Positions 8,759-19,015 of a DNA stretch of 64,000 nucleotides are shown here, piece by piece. Numbering within the stretch: the first letter of the stretch is position 1; every line of letters begins with the position of its first letter. The notes under the pieces were generated by a model. The model was not told where the DNA came from. It ran no database searches and worked only from the letters and a program-made list of their open reading frames with translations. Position numbers and translations under genes: made by a program. Source of the stretch: Clostridia bacterium (GTDB lineage: Bacteria > Bacillota > Clostridia > Oscillospirales > Acutalibacteraceae); contig JAFSDL010000013.1 of the NCBI GenBank assembly GCA_017436285.1, positions 8,096-72,095 of the forward strand. Reading direction: 5' to 3'.

Positions 8759-10131
8759 TGAGTACAACTATTGCAGCCATCGCTACCGCTCAGGCGGCGG
8801 CAGGCTTAGGAACAGTAAGATTATCAGGAGAAAACGCTCTGTCAGTTGCCGACAGGGTTTTTTCTGCTGTTTCAGGAAAAAAGTTAACAGATGCAAAGGG
8901 CTATACTGCCTACTATGGCAAGGTTCACGATGGGAAAACCGAGCTTGATGATGCAGTTGCTCTTGTTTTTCGTGCCCCAAAAAGCTATACAGGTGAGGAT
9001 GTTGTTGAATTAAGCTGTCACGGGGGTCTTTTTATTCTTCAAAGGGTGCTTCGTGCGGTTTTTAATGCAGGTGCGGTTGCCGCAGAGGGTGGCGAATTCA
9101 CTAAAAGAGCATTTCTTAACGGAAAAATGGATTTATCCGAGGCGGAAGCGGTAATGTCGCTGATTTCTGCATCGGGTGAAGAAGCGAGAGCGGCAACCTT
9201 GAACGCCCTTGACGGTGCCTTGAGCAGAGAAATTGGTGAATGCAGAGATGAACTGGCAAGAACCGCGGCATTTTTAGCTGCTTGGGTGGATTATCCCGAT
9301 GATGAAATTCCCGAGCTTTCCGATTCTCAGATGACCGAAACACTTTCAACTGTTAAAAATCGTCTTGAAAAATTGCTTGATGGCTTTGATGCAGGTCAGG
9401 CAATTCTTGAGGGTGTTGATACCGCTATTGTGGGAAGACCCAACGTTGGCAAATCAACTCTTTTAAATGCACTTTCTGGCAGAGAAAGAGCAATTGTTAC
9501 TTCTGTTGCAGGCACTACTCGCGATGTTCTTGAAGAAACCGTGAGATTGGGCAATATTACCCTTCGCCTTGCAGACACAGCAGGTATCAGAACCGATACA
9601 GATGATGAAATTGAAAAAATCGGTGTTGTGAGAGCAAAGGAACGATTTGACAGAGCAAGCCTTGTGCTTATGGTTCTTGATGCAGAGCAGGGCTTGTCTG
9701 AGGATGATAAGGAGCTTCTTGAGCTTTGCAAAAAGAAAAATTCCATTGTAATTATCAATAAAACAGATAAAGAAAAAGCACTCTCACGTGAAGATGTGAA
9801 AGCGCTTATTGAAGATGATAATATTGTTGAAATTTCCGCCAAAAACCGCAAGGGTATGGATGAGCTTACCGCTATGGTGGAAAAGGTTGTGGGTACTGCG
9901 GGCTTTGACCCATCTGCTCCTCTTGTTACAACAGAAAGACAGCGTGGCTGTGTTGTTAAGGCAGTAGAACATCTGTCAGAAGCTCTTGATGGTCTTTTAA
10001 TGGGTATAACCCCTGATGCTACCAATGTCTGCATTGATTGTGCTGTTGAAAATCTTTGCGTTTTAACAGGCGAAAAAGCAACAGAAACCATCGTGAACGA
10101 GGTTTTCAAGAATTTTTGCGTTGGCAAATAA
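8758..10131 (+). CDS. mnmE: tRNA uridine-5-carboxymethylaminomethyl modification GTPase MnmE
   Basis: It has G1 GRPNVGKST, G3 DTAGIR, NKTD and the C-terminal FCVGK motif. The ATG overlaps the dut stop (TAATG). Confidence 0.95.
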   Translation: MSTTIAAIATAQAAAGLGTVRLSGENALSVADRVFSAVSGKKLTDAKGYTAYYGKVHDGKTELDDAVALVFRAPKSYTGEDVVELSCHGGLFILQRVLRAVFNAGAVAAEGGEFTKRAFLNGKMDLSEAEAVMSLISASGEEARAATLNALDGALSREIGECRDELARTAAFLAAWVDYPDDEIPELSDSQMTETLSTVKNRLEKLLDGFDAGQAILEGVDTAIVGRPNVGKSTLLNALSGRERAIVTSVAGTTRDVLEETVRLGNITLRLADTAGIRTDTDDEIEKIGVVRAKERFDRASLVLMVLDAEQGLSEDDKELLELCKKKNSIVIINKTDKEKALSREDVKALIEDDNIVEISAKNRKGMDELTAMVEKVVGTAGFDPSAPLVTTERQRGCVVKAVEHLSEALDGLLMGITPDATNVCIDCAVENLCVLTGEKATETIVNEVFKNFCVGK

Positions 10132-10158
10132 AAAAAGGCGGAAAAACCGCCTTAAAAA
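10132..10158. terminator. Bidirectional terminator between mnmE and the PI-PLC-like gene
   Basis: AAGGCGG-AAAAA-CCGCCTT hairpin (10135-10153) flanked by A and T runs. Confidence 0.75.
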
Positions 10159-11036
10159 TTAGAATTAATAATCTCTTTTATGAATTTTTCGGTTGGGTAA
10201 TCTAAGATTATCCAACCATATTTTTTGCCTTTTTCAAGGGCTACATCTGCCAGCCTTTTGTTGATGTATTTTGCACTTCTTTTCGGGTTGTAAAGAAGGC
10301 TTCCGCAAGAGAAAAATGTGATTAAGATATTGTCGACTTCAGGCGGATTTTTTAAGAAAGGAAGCACCGCTAAATTCCATTTTTTCTGAGGTGTCAAGCC
10401 GTATAAATCCTGAACAGTAAAGGCTTTTCCTGTTATTGACCCGTTGCGGCTCAGAAGCTCTGCGGTCTCGTAAATTCTCTCAATATTTTCCTTTTGATAG
10501 ACCCAGGTTGACAGATTGATTCCCGTATTCAAATCTGTGTATTTTTCGTTGCTTTTATCAACATTATCACGGTTTAAAAGTACAATTTTCCCACGAACTT
10601 CTTTTAATGAAGGTACCCGATTTTCCTTGTACCAAACAGCATCCTTGATAAGATAATTTTCAAAAAAAGTGTCAAAGGTTTCTTTCTGATTTGCACCGTC
10701 ATCACGCTTGTAGCTTAACAAAATAGCTTCCGAAGGATGCTCGGAAAGAAAGCTTTTGCAATCGCTTATTACATCATCAAGAAGTAGCTTTTTACTTTTG
10801 TTTTCGGAATTTTTACAGTCTGCTATATCGTGAACAAGCTTGAGCCTCTTTCCGTCTTTTTCTACACGAATATCAAGGTAGCGAATACCTGCATTTAACT
10901 GCCGAGTAATATCCCATTTTTGACATTTTGCAATAAACGAAAACTGCACACTACAGGTACAGCTATCATGAGTTCCGGGTATGTTTATGTCTGAAACAAG
11001 AGCATTGTCAGATAAATTATTCATCCAGTTATTCAT
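10152..11036 (-). CDS. Phosphatidylinositol-specific phospholipase C X-domain protein
   Basis: It has the PLC-X-type catalytic motif (NIPGTHDS) and RYLDIRV. No signal peptide is evident. Confidence 0.7.
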   Translation of the reverse strand: MNNWMNNLSDNALVSDINIPGTHDSCTCSVQFSFIAKCQKWDITRQLNAGIRYLDIRVEKDGKRLKLVHDIADCKNSENKSKKLLLDDVISDCKSFLSEHPSEAILLSYKRDDGANQKETFDTFFENYLIKDAVWYKENRVPSLKEVRGKIVLLNRDNVDKSNEKYTDLNTGINLSTWVYQKENIERIYETAELLSRNGSITGKAFTVQDLYGLTPQKKWNLAVLPFLKNPPEVDNILITFFSCGSLLYNPKRSAKYINKRLADVALEKGKKYGWIILDYPTEKFIKEIINSNF

Positions 11037-11218
11037 ACTCGCTCTCCTTTCGGTTGTTTACACTATTTTAACATATGTGTAAACTTAATGCAATAATTGT
11101 AATTTATTACATTATTATACAAAAATATATAATAATACAATATTGCAAAAGTGAGAATATTGTGTTAAAATATATTAGTTAAATTGGGTTATACTGCAAA
11201 TTTACATATTAACTTCCG

Positions 11219-13174
11219 TTGAATGAAAGAAGGATTGTTTTGAATACTTTGATAAAAAAACCTGTGACCTTTATAAAAAAGCACACAAAAGGTGTTTTTG
11301 TTGTTTTTGATTTATTGTGTGTGTGCGTTGCTTTTTTGTTAGCTGCCTATCTTAAATTCGATGCCTGGGTATCCTTCCCTAGTTGGTTTAACAGTAACGT
11401 TTTGCTTATTGTTCTTGCTGACATAGTAATAACAGGAATATGCTTTGCTTTCTTTAAAATTTACAGTAGAATGTGGCAATATTTTGTAGCAAAGGATTAC
11501 ACCACTTTGGTAAGTGCTTTTGCTTTGTCTAAAGTAATTGTAGTGCTTCCTTTTGTTTATATTTGGCTTACATATACACGCTCATTCTTCACTTTTATGG
11601 CATTGTATTCAATTATTTTGTTGATGCTGGTTGTATCGGGTAGAGCGTTAATGTTTGTATCATACAATTTATGGCGCACTAAAATTCTTGCTCCGAAAAA
11701 CTCTGAAAATAACAAGAGAAAACGAGTTATGATAATTGGCGCAGGTAGTGCCGCAATCCGTCTTATTAACGAACTCAGAGGAGTAAGCAATATTAATCGC
11801 TATCAAGTGGTGGCACTTATTGATGACAATAAAAGAAAACAAGGTGAATATCTTAACGGTGTTAAGGTTTATGGTGGGCGAGATGAAATTATAAAAACCG
11901 CCAACCAACTTGATATTGATGAAATATTTATTGCAGTTCCCTCTATTAGTGAGAAGAATAAGAAAGAAATACTTGAAATTTGTAATAAAACGGGCTGTGA
12001 ACTGAAGACCTTACCAAGAATTACTGCGGTAAAGGAAGGTGTCAGCATAAAATCTCAGCTTCGTAAGGTTGATTACACTGACCTTTTAGGCAGAGAGCAG
12101 ATAAAGCCTGACCTTTCCAGAGTTTTTGAATTGCTCAAGGGTCATACTGTTCTTGTTACAGGTGGCGGTGGTTCAATCGGCAGTGAGCTTGTTCGTCAGG
12201 TAGCAAACAGTGGTGTTGCAAAGAGAATAATTATATTCGATATTGCTGAAAATGGTGCTTATGAAATCCAGCAGGAAATCAGAAGAAATTATCCTGATGT
12301 TGATTTGAGAGTGCTCATCGGTTCAATCCGAGATGAAAAAAGACTTTGCGAAATTTTCGAGGAGTATAAGCCAAGCTTTGTTTATCACGCTGCAGCGCAT
12401 AAGCATGTTCCTCTTATGGAGGATAGCCCTAAAGAAGCTGTAAAAAATAATGTTTTCGGTACATACAACCTTGCAAAAACTGCAGATAAATACGGCGCAA
12501 AGCGCTTTGTTATGATTTCTACCGATAAGGCTGTTAATCCCACAAATGTTATGGGTGCAACAAAGCGTATCTGCGAAATGATTGTGCAGTCCTTCAACAA
12601 AATATCCGAAACAGATTTTGTTGCGGTTCGTTTTGGTAATGTTCTTGGCTCAAACGGAAGTGTAATTCCGCTTTTCAAGGAGCAGATTGAAAATGGTGGG
12701 CCTGTTACAGTTACTCACCCCGATATCATTCGTTACTTTATGCTTATTCCTGAAGCCGTTTCTCTTGTTCTTCAGGCGGGCGCTTATGCAAAGGGCGGAG
12801 AAATTTTTATTCTTGATATGGGTTCCCCGGTTAAAATTCGCGAGCTTGCAGAAAATCTTATCAGGCTTTCAGGACATATCCCCGGAGAAGATATTGAAAT
12901 TAAATATACAGGTCTTCGGGATGGTGAAAAGCTTTATGAAGAGCTTCTTATAAGTGAAGAGGGTATTCAGAAAACGCAGAACGACCTTATTTACGTCGCG
13001 AGACCTATGGATTTTGACTCTGAAAATCTTTTTGAAAAAATCAGCTATATGAGGGAAATAATGGAGGGCGCAACACATCGCCAGATTGTTGATGTTGTAA
13101 AAGAGCTTGTTCCTACCTTCAATCCTCAGAACGAAGCATATAAGGATGAAGAAAAAGAAGAAGTTAATGTTTAG
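11219..13174 (+). CDS. capD: Membrane-bound nucleotide-sugar 4,6-dehydratase (CapD/PglF/WbpM family polysaccharide biosynthesis protein)
   Basis: Four or more N-terminal TM helices are followed by two Rossmann motifs (IIGAGSAA and VTGGGGSIGSE) and an SDR core (YHAAAHKHVPLME, STDKAV). The start is uncertain (TTG at 11219). Confidence 0.9.
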   Translation: MNERRIVLNTLIKKPVTFIKKHTKGVFVVFDLLCVCVAFLLAAYLKFDAWVSFPSWFNSNVLLIVLADIVITGICFAFFKIYSRMWQYFVAKDYTTLVSAFALSKVIVVLPFVYIWLTYTRSFFTFMALYSIILLMLVVSGRALMFVSYNLWRTKILAPKNSENNKRKRVMIIGAGSAAIRLINELRGVSNINRYQVVALIDDNKRKQGEYLNGVKVYGGRDEIIKTANQLDIDEIFIAVPSISEKNKKEILEICNKTGCELKTLPRITAVKEGVSIKSQLRKVDYTDLLGREQIKPDLSRVFELLKGHTVLVTGGGGSIGSELVRQVANSGVAKRIIIFDIAENGAYEIQQEIRRNYPDVDLRVLIGSIRDEKRLCEIFEEYKPSFVYHAAAHKHVPLMEDSPKEAVKNNVFGTYNLAKTADKYGAKRFVMISTDKAVNPTNVMGATKRICEMIVQSFNKISETDFVAVRFGNVLGSNGSVIPLFKEQIENGGPVTVTHPDIIRYFMLIPEAVSLVLQAGAYAKGGEIFILDMGSPVKIRELAENLIRLSGHIPGEDIEIKYTGLRDGEKLYEELLISEEGIQKTQNDLIYVARPMDFDSENLFEKISYMREIMEGATHRQIVDVVKELVPTFNPQNEAYKDEEKEEVNV

Positions 13175-13183
13175 GGTGAATTG

Positions 13184-14281
13184 ATGATGAAACGATATTG
13201 CCTTGTGAGTTTTTGCAATATTTATCTTTTACCGTATGCAAGAAAGTATATTGATACAATACTCGCATCAGGTGCAGAATGCGATTTAATATATTGGGAT
13301 AGAGACGCTGTAAATGGTGAAAATGATATTTTTGATGGATGTAACAAAATTTTTTACCAAAGGAAAATAACCCCGGAGTCTTCGCCGAAAGAAAAGCTTT
13401 TAGGCTATATTGAGGCAAGAAGCATTTTTATAAAAAAATTAAAAGAGCAAAACTATGACGGTGTTATTTTTTTACAAACCCACGGAGCTATCGCTTGTCA
13501 GAGCATACTTAAGAAGAGATATGAAGATAAATATATTGTGGATATCCGTGATTATACCTTGGAAAAACTTCCGCTTTACAAGGATTTAGAAAAAGCGGTT
13601 TTTGCTAAATCCTTTGCCACAGTAATCTCTTCACCAGCATACAGAAGCTTTTTGCCGGAGCATTCATATGTAATTGCGCATAATTATTCACCTTTTCCTG
13701 TTGATGTTGTTCAGAGTGTCAGAGCTTCTGCGGTCGAAAAGCAAAAAACTCCTATTCAGATTTCTTTTGTTGGCACAGTTCGCTTTATTGAAATGGACAA
13801 AAGAATATTAAAGGCTTTTGCAAATGATGAGCGTTTTAAAATTAATTATTTTGGCGTAGGCTCGGAGATATTAGAGGAGTTTTGCAAAACAGAAGGGATT
13901 TTTAACACTGAGTTTTTTGGAAGCTTTTCTCCCGATATGACGGCATCATTTTATAAGAAAACGGATTTAATAAATAATCTGTATGGTAATAATTCACCTT
14001 TTTTGGATTATGCCTTGTCAAATAAACTGTACCATTCAGGAGAGTTTTATATACCTGTTTTGGTATGTCCTGACACATATATGGAGGAAATTTCGCTCAA
14101 ATACAAAATGGGCTTTGTTTTTGATGTGAATCGTAAAGATGAAAAAGAGAGACTTTATGAATGGTATCAAAGCTTGGATAAAGAAGAATTTATTGAAGGA
14201 TGCAATAGCTTTATTTCAGATGTAAAAAAAGAAAACTCAGAATTCGAAAAAGTTATACAAGGATTTTTATATAACGAATAG
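13184..14281 (+). CDS. Uncharacterised polysaccharide-locus protein, possibly a GT-B-like glycosyltransferase
   Basis: It is a 365-aa ORF with AGGGTGA upstream. The C-terminal half (ISFVGTVRFIEMDKRILKAF...INYFGVGSE) resembles a GT-B C-domain. No firm family assignment is possible. Confidence 0.45.
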   Translation: MMKRYCLVSFCNIYLLPYARKYIDTILASGAECDLIYWDRDAVNGENDIFDGCNKIFYQRKITPESSPKEKLLGYIEARSIFIKKLKEQNYDGVIFLQTHGAIACQSILKKRYEDKYIVDIRDYTLEKLPLYKDLEKAVFAKSFATVISSPAYRSFLPEHSYVIAHNYSPFPVDVVQSVRASAVEKQKTPIQISFVGTVRFIEMDKRILKAFANDERFKINYFGVGSEILEEFCKTEGIFNTEFFGSFSPDMTASFYKKTDLINNLYGNNSPFLDYALSNKLYHSGEFYIPVLVCPDTYMEEISLKYKMGFVFDVNRKDEKERLYEWYQSLDKEEFIEGCNSFISDVKKENSEFEKVIQGFLYNE

Positions 14282-14302
14282 AGGTGTCATATTACGAGGG
14301 TT

Positions 14303-15376
14303 TTGGAAATAACTTCTGAGCTTGATGGTGGCGGTGTAGACAGACTGTTGTATGATTATTGTAGTCGTATGGTGGGCGAAATACAATTCGATTTCGTTGT
14401 TACATCAGAAAATGAAGGAATGCTGGAAAAACCGTTAAGATGTTTAGGTTGTAATATTTATAGAGTACCGCAAATAAAAAGCGGATTAAAAAATCATATA
14501 AATGCACTGAAAAATATACTTGATAATAATAACTATGATGTAATTCATGACCATAGCGGATATAAAGCGTGGTGCAATTTATATATTGCTAAAAAATGTG
14601 GTGTCCAAAACCGCATTGCTCATTCTCACCAGGCGTTTATGATGGAAACATTTACGCAAAAAATGTTAAGGGTAATTTCTGTACCAATTACAAAGCTTTA
14701 TGCTACAGAGCTGTTTGCTTGCGGAAACGATGCCGCAAAATGGATGTGGGGCAAGAGTGCGTTTGAAAAAAATCAAGTGTATATTATGAAGAACGCAATT
14801 AATGCCCAATGTTTTGATTTTTCTCCTGAAAAAAGAGCACAAATCAGAGAGGATTTGGGAATTACAGATAAATTTGTTATAGGTAATGTTGCAAGATTTT
14901 CTTACCAAAAAAACCACGAATTTTTGATTAATGTCTTTGCGGAATTAAAAAAGCAGAGAGATGATGCTGTTTTACTTCTTATCGGACGAGGCGAGCTTGA
15001 GGATTCAATCAAGGCGCAAGCTGAGGGCTTGGGCTTGAGCGATTCAGTTTTGTTTATGGGCGTAAGGAATGATGTTCCCGATTTATTGAATGCCATGGAT
15101 GTATTTGTGCTACCATCTCGATTTGAGGGGTTACCTGTTACATTAGTAGAAATTCAGGCAAATGGCTTACCTGCAGTGATTTCTGATGTTGTTACTAAGG
15201 AAATGACTTTTTCTGAGAATTTTGATTTTGTTTCACTTTCAGTTCCCGGTTGTGAATGGGCTAAGGTTATTTCAGAAAAGAACCGGGCAGACTCTAAAAA
15301 TTTAATCAAAAATACCCAATATGATTTGCATACTGCAACGGATGAAATGCGATGCAAATATTTATCGATGATATAA
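14303..15376 (+). CDS. Glycosyltransferase family 4 (GT1 clan)
   Basis: It has SELDGGGVDRLL near the N-terminus and the EX7E region (PSRFEGLPVTLVEIQANGLP). No ATG start exists: TTG at 14303, ATT at 14291 or ACG at 14294 are candidates (see finding). Confidence 0.8.
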   Translation: MEITSELDGGGVDRLLYDYCSRMVGEIQFDFVVTSENEGMLEKPLRCLGCNIYRVPQIKSGLKNHINALKNILDNNNYDVIHDHSGYKAWCNLYIAKKCGVQNRIAHSHQAFMMETFTQKMLRVISVPITKLYATELFACGNDAAKWMWGKSAFEKNQVYIMKNAINAQCFDFSPEKRAQIREDLGITDKFVIGNVARFSYQKNHEFLINVFAELKKQRDDAVLLLIGRGELEDSIKAQAEGLGLSDSVLFMGVRNDVPDLLNAMDVFVLPSRFEGLPVTLVEIQANGLPAVISDVVTKEMTFSENFDFVSLSVPGCEWAKVISEKNRADSKNLIKNTQYDLHTATDEMRCKYLSMI

Positions 15377-15391
15377 AGAGTTGAGATTTTT

Positions 15392-16483
15392 ATGAAAACA
15401 ATAATGCTGGTTTTCGGGACGCGTCCCGAAGCAATTAAAATGTGTCCTCTTGTTAATGAATTGAAAACAAGAGAAAATATTAAAACAGTTGTGTGTGTAA
15501 CAGGTCAGCATCGTCAGATGCTTGACCAGGTGCTTTGTGCCTTCAAGGTTGTACCTGACTATGATTTGTCAATTATGAAGGACAAGCAGACATTATTTGA
15601 TATTACCACCAACATTTTGAATAGTATCGGTCAGGTGCTTGATGATGTAAAGCCTGATATTGTTCTTGTTCATGGCGATACTTCCACCACATTTGTGACC
15701 GCGTTGGCATGCTTTTACAAGCAAATCCCTGTGGGACATGTAGAGGCGGGCCTTAGAACATATAATATTCTCAGTCCGTATCCGGAAGAATTTAACAGAC
15801 AAGCTGTTGGAATTATTGCCAAGTATAATTTTGCCCCAACAGAGCTTTCTAAACAAAATCTTCTGAATGAAGGGAAAGACCCTTCAACTATATATGTTAC
15901 GGGAAATACAGCTATCGATGCTCTAAAAACAACAGTTTGCGAAGACTATGCCCATCCTGAATTAGAATGGGCAAGTGATAGCAGGCTTATAATGATTACT
16001 GCACATCGCAGAGAGAACTTAGGTGAGCCTATGCACAATATGTTCCGTGCAATTCGAAGGGTTATGGATGAGCATCCTGATGTTAAGGCTATTTATCCCA
16101 TTCATATGAATCCTGCGGTTCGCATGGCGGCAGATGAAGAGTTAGGCGACTGTGACCGCATTCATATTATTGAGCCGTTAGAGGTTTTAGCTTTTCATAA
16201 TTTTCTTGCTCGAAGCTTCCTTATATTGACTGATAGCGGTGGCATTCAGGAAGAGGCACCATCTCTCGGAAAGCCTGTGCTCGTTATGAGAGATACAACT
16301 GAGCGCCCTGAAGGAGTTAAGGCAGGAACATTGAAGTTGGTTGGTTGTAATGAACAAACTATATATGATAATTTTAAACTGTTATTAGAAAATAACGAAG
16401 AGTATGATGCAATGTCAAAGGCGAGCAACCCCTATGGAGATGGATTAGCTTGTAAAAGAATTGCAGATATATTGTCTGAATAA
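15392..16483 (+). CDS. wecB: UDP-N-acetylglucosamine 2-epimerase (non-hydrolysing)
   Basis: Motifs FGTRPEAIKMCPL, VHGDTSTT, ITAHRREN and TDSGGIQEEAPSLGKPVLV are present, and the protein is 363 aa. Confidence 0.95.
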   Translation: MKTIMLVFGTRPEAIKMCPLVNELKTRENIKTVVCVTGQHRQMLDQVLCAFKVVPDYDLSIMKDKQTLFDITTNILNSIGQVLDDVKPDIVLVHGDTSTTFVTALACFYKQIPVGHVEAGLRTYNILSPYPEEFNRQAVGIIAKYNFAPTELSKQNLLNEGKDPSTIYVTGNTAIDALKTTVCEDYAHPELEWASDSRLIMITAHRRENLGEPMHNMFRAIRRVMDEHPDVKAIYPIHMNPAVRMAADEELGDCDRIHIIEPLEVLAFHNFLARSFLILTDSGGIQEEAPSLGKPVLVMRDTTERPEGVKAGTLKLVGCNEQTIYDNFKLLLENNEEYDAMSKASNPYGDGLACKRIADILSE

Positions 16484-16516
16484 TAAATTAAATAAATAAT
16501 AAAAGAAGAAAGGAGA

Positions 16517-17920
16517 GTGTGCACAATTAAATCGGCTAAAACAGTTAAGAACAATGTTGTTCTGGTAATATCATTGCTTTTGAATATATTGTTTTTTTGT
16601 ATATGGTATGGTAGTGTGAATCTGTTAACAATAACAAATTACGCTGAACTATTATTTCCTTGGGTTATTGTTTCTTTATTTTTACAAATGTATAGCTTTT
16701 TGAAACTATATAAAGTACCCAAAATTGATATGGGACTGTGGTTTGTTTTTCTGTCCTATTTATTTATGTTTGGCTATGTGTTTATTGATTTTTTCGGATT
16801 GCAAAGCTCGTTGCTTTGGACACCAATTAAAGAGTACACTCAGGCTCTTCTTTTTAAGGCAGTTTCTTACGTGAATGTATCGCTGAATATGTTTACTCTT
16901 GGTTATTTGCTTTCCTATAGAAAAAATCCGAGTATACATAGAAGAAAAGTTGAAAAAAATACAAACTATGATGCAAAAACTTTCTATATCGGAATATTTT
17001 TGTGCATTATAGGCGGCGTGTGTCAGCTTATCACATCTATAAATCTGGTCGTAACAACACAAACTGCTGATAGCTATTCAGCATATTCAGAAGTGTCTAA
17101 TGTTGGTATAATTGATGATATTTCTTTTTTATTTGTACCAGGTATAATATACGTACTGATAAGCAGAAGATTAAACAGAATAAAAGCTTTTATTCTTACC
17201 GGAGTTGTTGTAGGTTATTTCAGTGCGATAATGTTATTGAGTGGTAGCAGAAAAACGCAGTTGTTTGGTATGCTGGTTGTAGTGCTGTGCTATTTGCATA
17301 CATATAAGCCGCCAAAATTTAAGTTGTATAAAAAAGTAATTTTGGTGTTGGGGGGTACCGTACTTCTCAATATGGTGTATGTTATTCGTGAGAATCGAAT
17401 GAGCTTGTCTCAGGTAATACCCGAGTTTTTCAAAAGTTTAAGCAGTATGGAATTTTTGAGAAATCTGATACCGGAGACATTAGCAGAAACGGGAATTACA
17501 CTTTGCTCTGTAGCTTCAATAATGCATTGTGTTCCGCAAATTTTTCCCTACGATTATGGTGCCTCTGTTTTCAGGTCAATAGTTTCTGTATTACCAATAG
17601 GTTGGTTAATGCCGGATTTCTTTGCACAAGCATCTACAACAACCACAATAAATGAATATTTAAACCTCCCTGTCGGCGCGAGTATGTTTGGCGATTTCTA
17701 CTGGTGCTGGGGTTTGTTCGGAGTTTTCTTTGCATTCTTGTTCGGTAAGCTGATGTCTGTTATTTCTGTTAAATTGCAGAAAAAATCCTATGAGGTTTAT
17801 TTTTCGATATTCTATATAATTTTAATGGGTGTCCGTGCGGGATTATTTGAATTGGTGCGACCTTTGTTTGTAGTGGTATTTGTTCCGTGGTTTATCGGCT
17901 ATATTTTGAAAAGAAAATAA
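16517..17920 (+). CDS. Wzy-like repeat-unit polymerase (polytopic membrane protein)
   Basis: It has roughly 10-12 predicted TM helices, no soluble domains, and sits in a Wzx/Wzy-type locus. The start is uncertain because the GTG at 16517 is too close to the SD. Confidence 0.65.
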   Translation: MCTIKSAKTVKNNVVLVISLLLNILFFCIWYGSVNLLTITNYAELLFPWVIVSLFLQMYSFLKLYKVPKIDMGLWFVFLSYLFMFGYVFIDFFGLQSSLLWTPIKEYTQALLFKAVSYVNVSLNMFTLGYLLSYRKNPSIHRRKVEKNTNYDAKTFYIGIFLCIIGGVCQLITSINLVVTTQTADSYSAYSEVSNVGIIDDISFLFVPGIIYVLISRRLNRIKAFILTGVVVGYFSAIMLLSGSRKTQLFGMLVVVLCYLHTYKPPKFKLYKKVILVLGGTVLLNMVYVIRENRMSLSQVIPEFFKSLSSMEFLRNLIPETLAETGITLCSVASIMHCVPQIFPYDYGASVFRSIVSVLPIGWLMPDFFAQASTTTTINEYLNLPVGASMFGDFYWCWGLFGVFFAFLFGKLMSVISVKLQKKSYEVYFSIFYIILMGVRAGLFELVRPLFVVVFVPWFIGYILKRK

Positions 17921-17935
17921 GGAGAGCTTTTTATT

Positions 17936-19015
17936 TTGCGATTTTTATTACATGGTGCAACAAATTGGAATTCAACAAATTTTGGCGATTTCCTTTATGC
18001 ATACGAAATATATCGTTATTTAAAACAAAACTCTGATAATCAGGTTGGGTTTTATCAACCATCAGATTATTTTGTAAAGTATTTGAATAGTAATGGTGTT
18101 AAAACGGATTATGTTAGTTTTAAAAATGCTGATTATCTGATTTATATTCCCGGAGGCTATTTCGGAGAAGGTCATAATGCAAGATTTCGGGATACATTAA
18201 TCCAATATATCAGATTTATGCCCTTTGGATTAAAAGCTGTTATAGGAAAAAAGAAATTGGTTGCAATTGGTGTTGGCGCAGGACCTATAGACAGATGGTT
18301 TATGAAATGGGCGGTTAAAAGTATTTGCAAAAACAGTATCGCAGTAACTACCAGAGACAAAGAATCTCAAGAAGCTTTGAAAAGCATAGGTGTTGATAAT
18401 GTTCCGGAATATTCTGATATGATGCTTGCTTATGATTTGAAGAACGTATCTGAAAATACTGAACAAATCAATAGTGTAATTAAGTATGCTGATGGTTATA
18501 AAATTTTAATGGTTCATTATAATCATTCCAAAGAAGCACTTGAAAAGTTTGCGGTGGCAGTTAATGATTTTGTTGAAGAACATAAGGAATATAAAGTAGT
18601 TGTTACGGCAGATTCTATACTGCCCTACGAGGATGAGTATTTTCAAAAATTCAAGGATTTGTGTAAATGTGAAGTGTTTCATTTTATTTATGACAATCCT
18701 TTTGAAATGTTAAGATTAATAGATTTATCAGATGTTATATTAACTTGCAAATTGCATGTTGGTGTTGTGGGAGGGATGTTTAATAAATCTGTTATTTGTG
18801 TTGCTGAGCATCCCGAAAAAACACAACGATTTTATGATTTGATTAATAATCCGCAAAACTGTGTTTCCTTATATGAAACTACAGAAGAACATATTAAAAT
18901 TTTGCTGAATGATTTGCACAACAAATCTATATGTATTCCAAATGATGAAACAGAAAAAGCGAAAATGCATTGGTCTGTAATAGATAGAATGATTGAGGAG
19001 AAATATGAAGAATAA
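17936..19015 (+). CDS. Polysaccharide pyruvyl transferase family protein
   Basis: It has the N-terminal motif GATNWNSTNFGDFLYAYE and the C-terminal CKLHVGVVGG, which is typical of the CsaB/WcaK-type family. The start is TTG at 17936, with AAGGAG about 10 nt upstream. Confidence 0.65.
   Translation: MRFLLHGATNWNSTNFGDFLYAYEIYRYLKQNSDNQVGFYQPSDYFVKYLNSNGVKTDYVSFKNADYLIYIPGGYFGEGHNARFRDTLIQYIRFMPFGLKAVIGKKKLVAIGVGAGPIDRWFMKWAVKSICKNSIAVTTRDKESQEALKSIGVDNVPEYSDMMLAYDLKNVSENTEQINSVIKYADGYKILMVHYNHSKEALEKFAVAVNDFVEEHKEYKVVVTADSILPYEDEYFQKFKDLCKCEVFHFIYDNPFEMLRLIDLSDVILTCKLHVGVVGGMFNKSVICVAEHPEKTQRFYDLINNPQNCVSLYETTEEHIKILLNDLHNKSICIPNDETEKAKMHWSVIDRMIEEKYEE

Noticed and set aside
9396-10127. A 243-aa ORF antisense to mnmE. 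Similar long antisense or shadow ORFs occur at 1752-2273, 33088-33483, 35299-35763, 37466-37882, 53429-53833 and 58666-59214.
   Set aside because: Each lies entirely inside a confidently identified gene on the other strand. They have low-complexity or Ser/Arg/Leu-rich composition typical of antisense frames, no SD and no recognisable motifs.
11056-11084. 8-bp inverted repeat GTTTACAC-N13-GTGTAAAC in the divergent PI-PLC/capD promoter region.
   Set aside because: It is short, AT-rich sequence surrounds it, and no cognate regulator lies nearby. It cannot be told apart from chance without comparative data.
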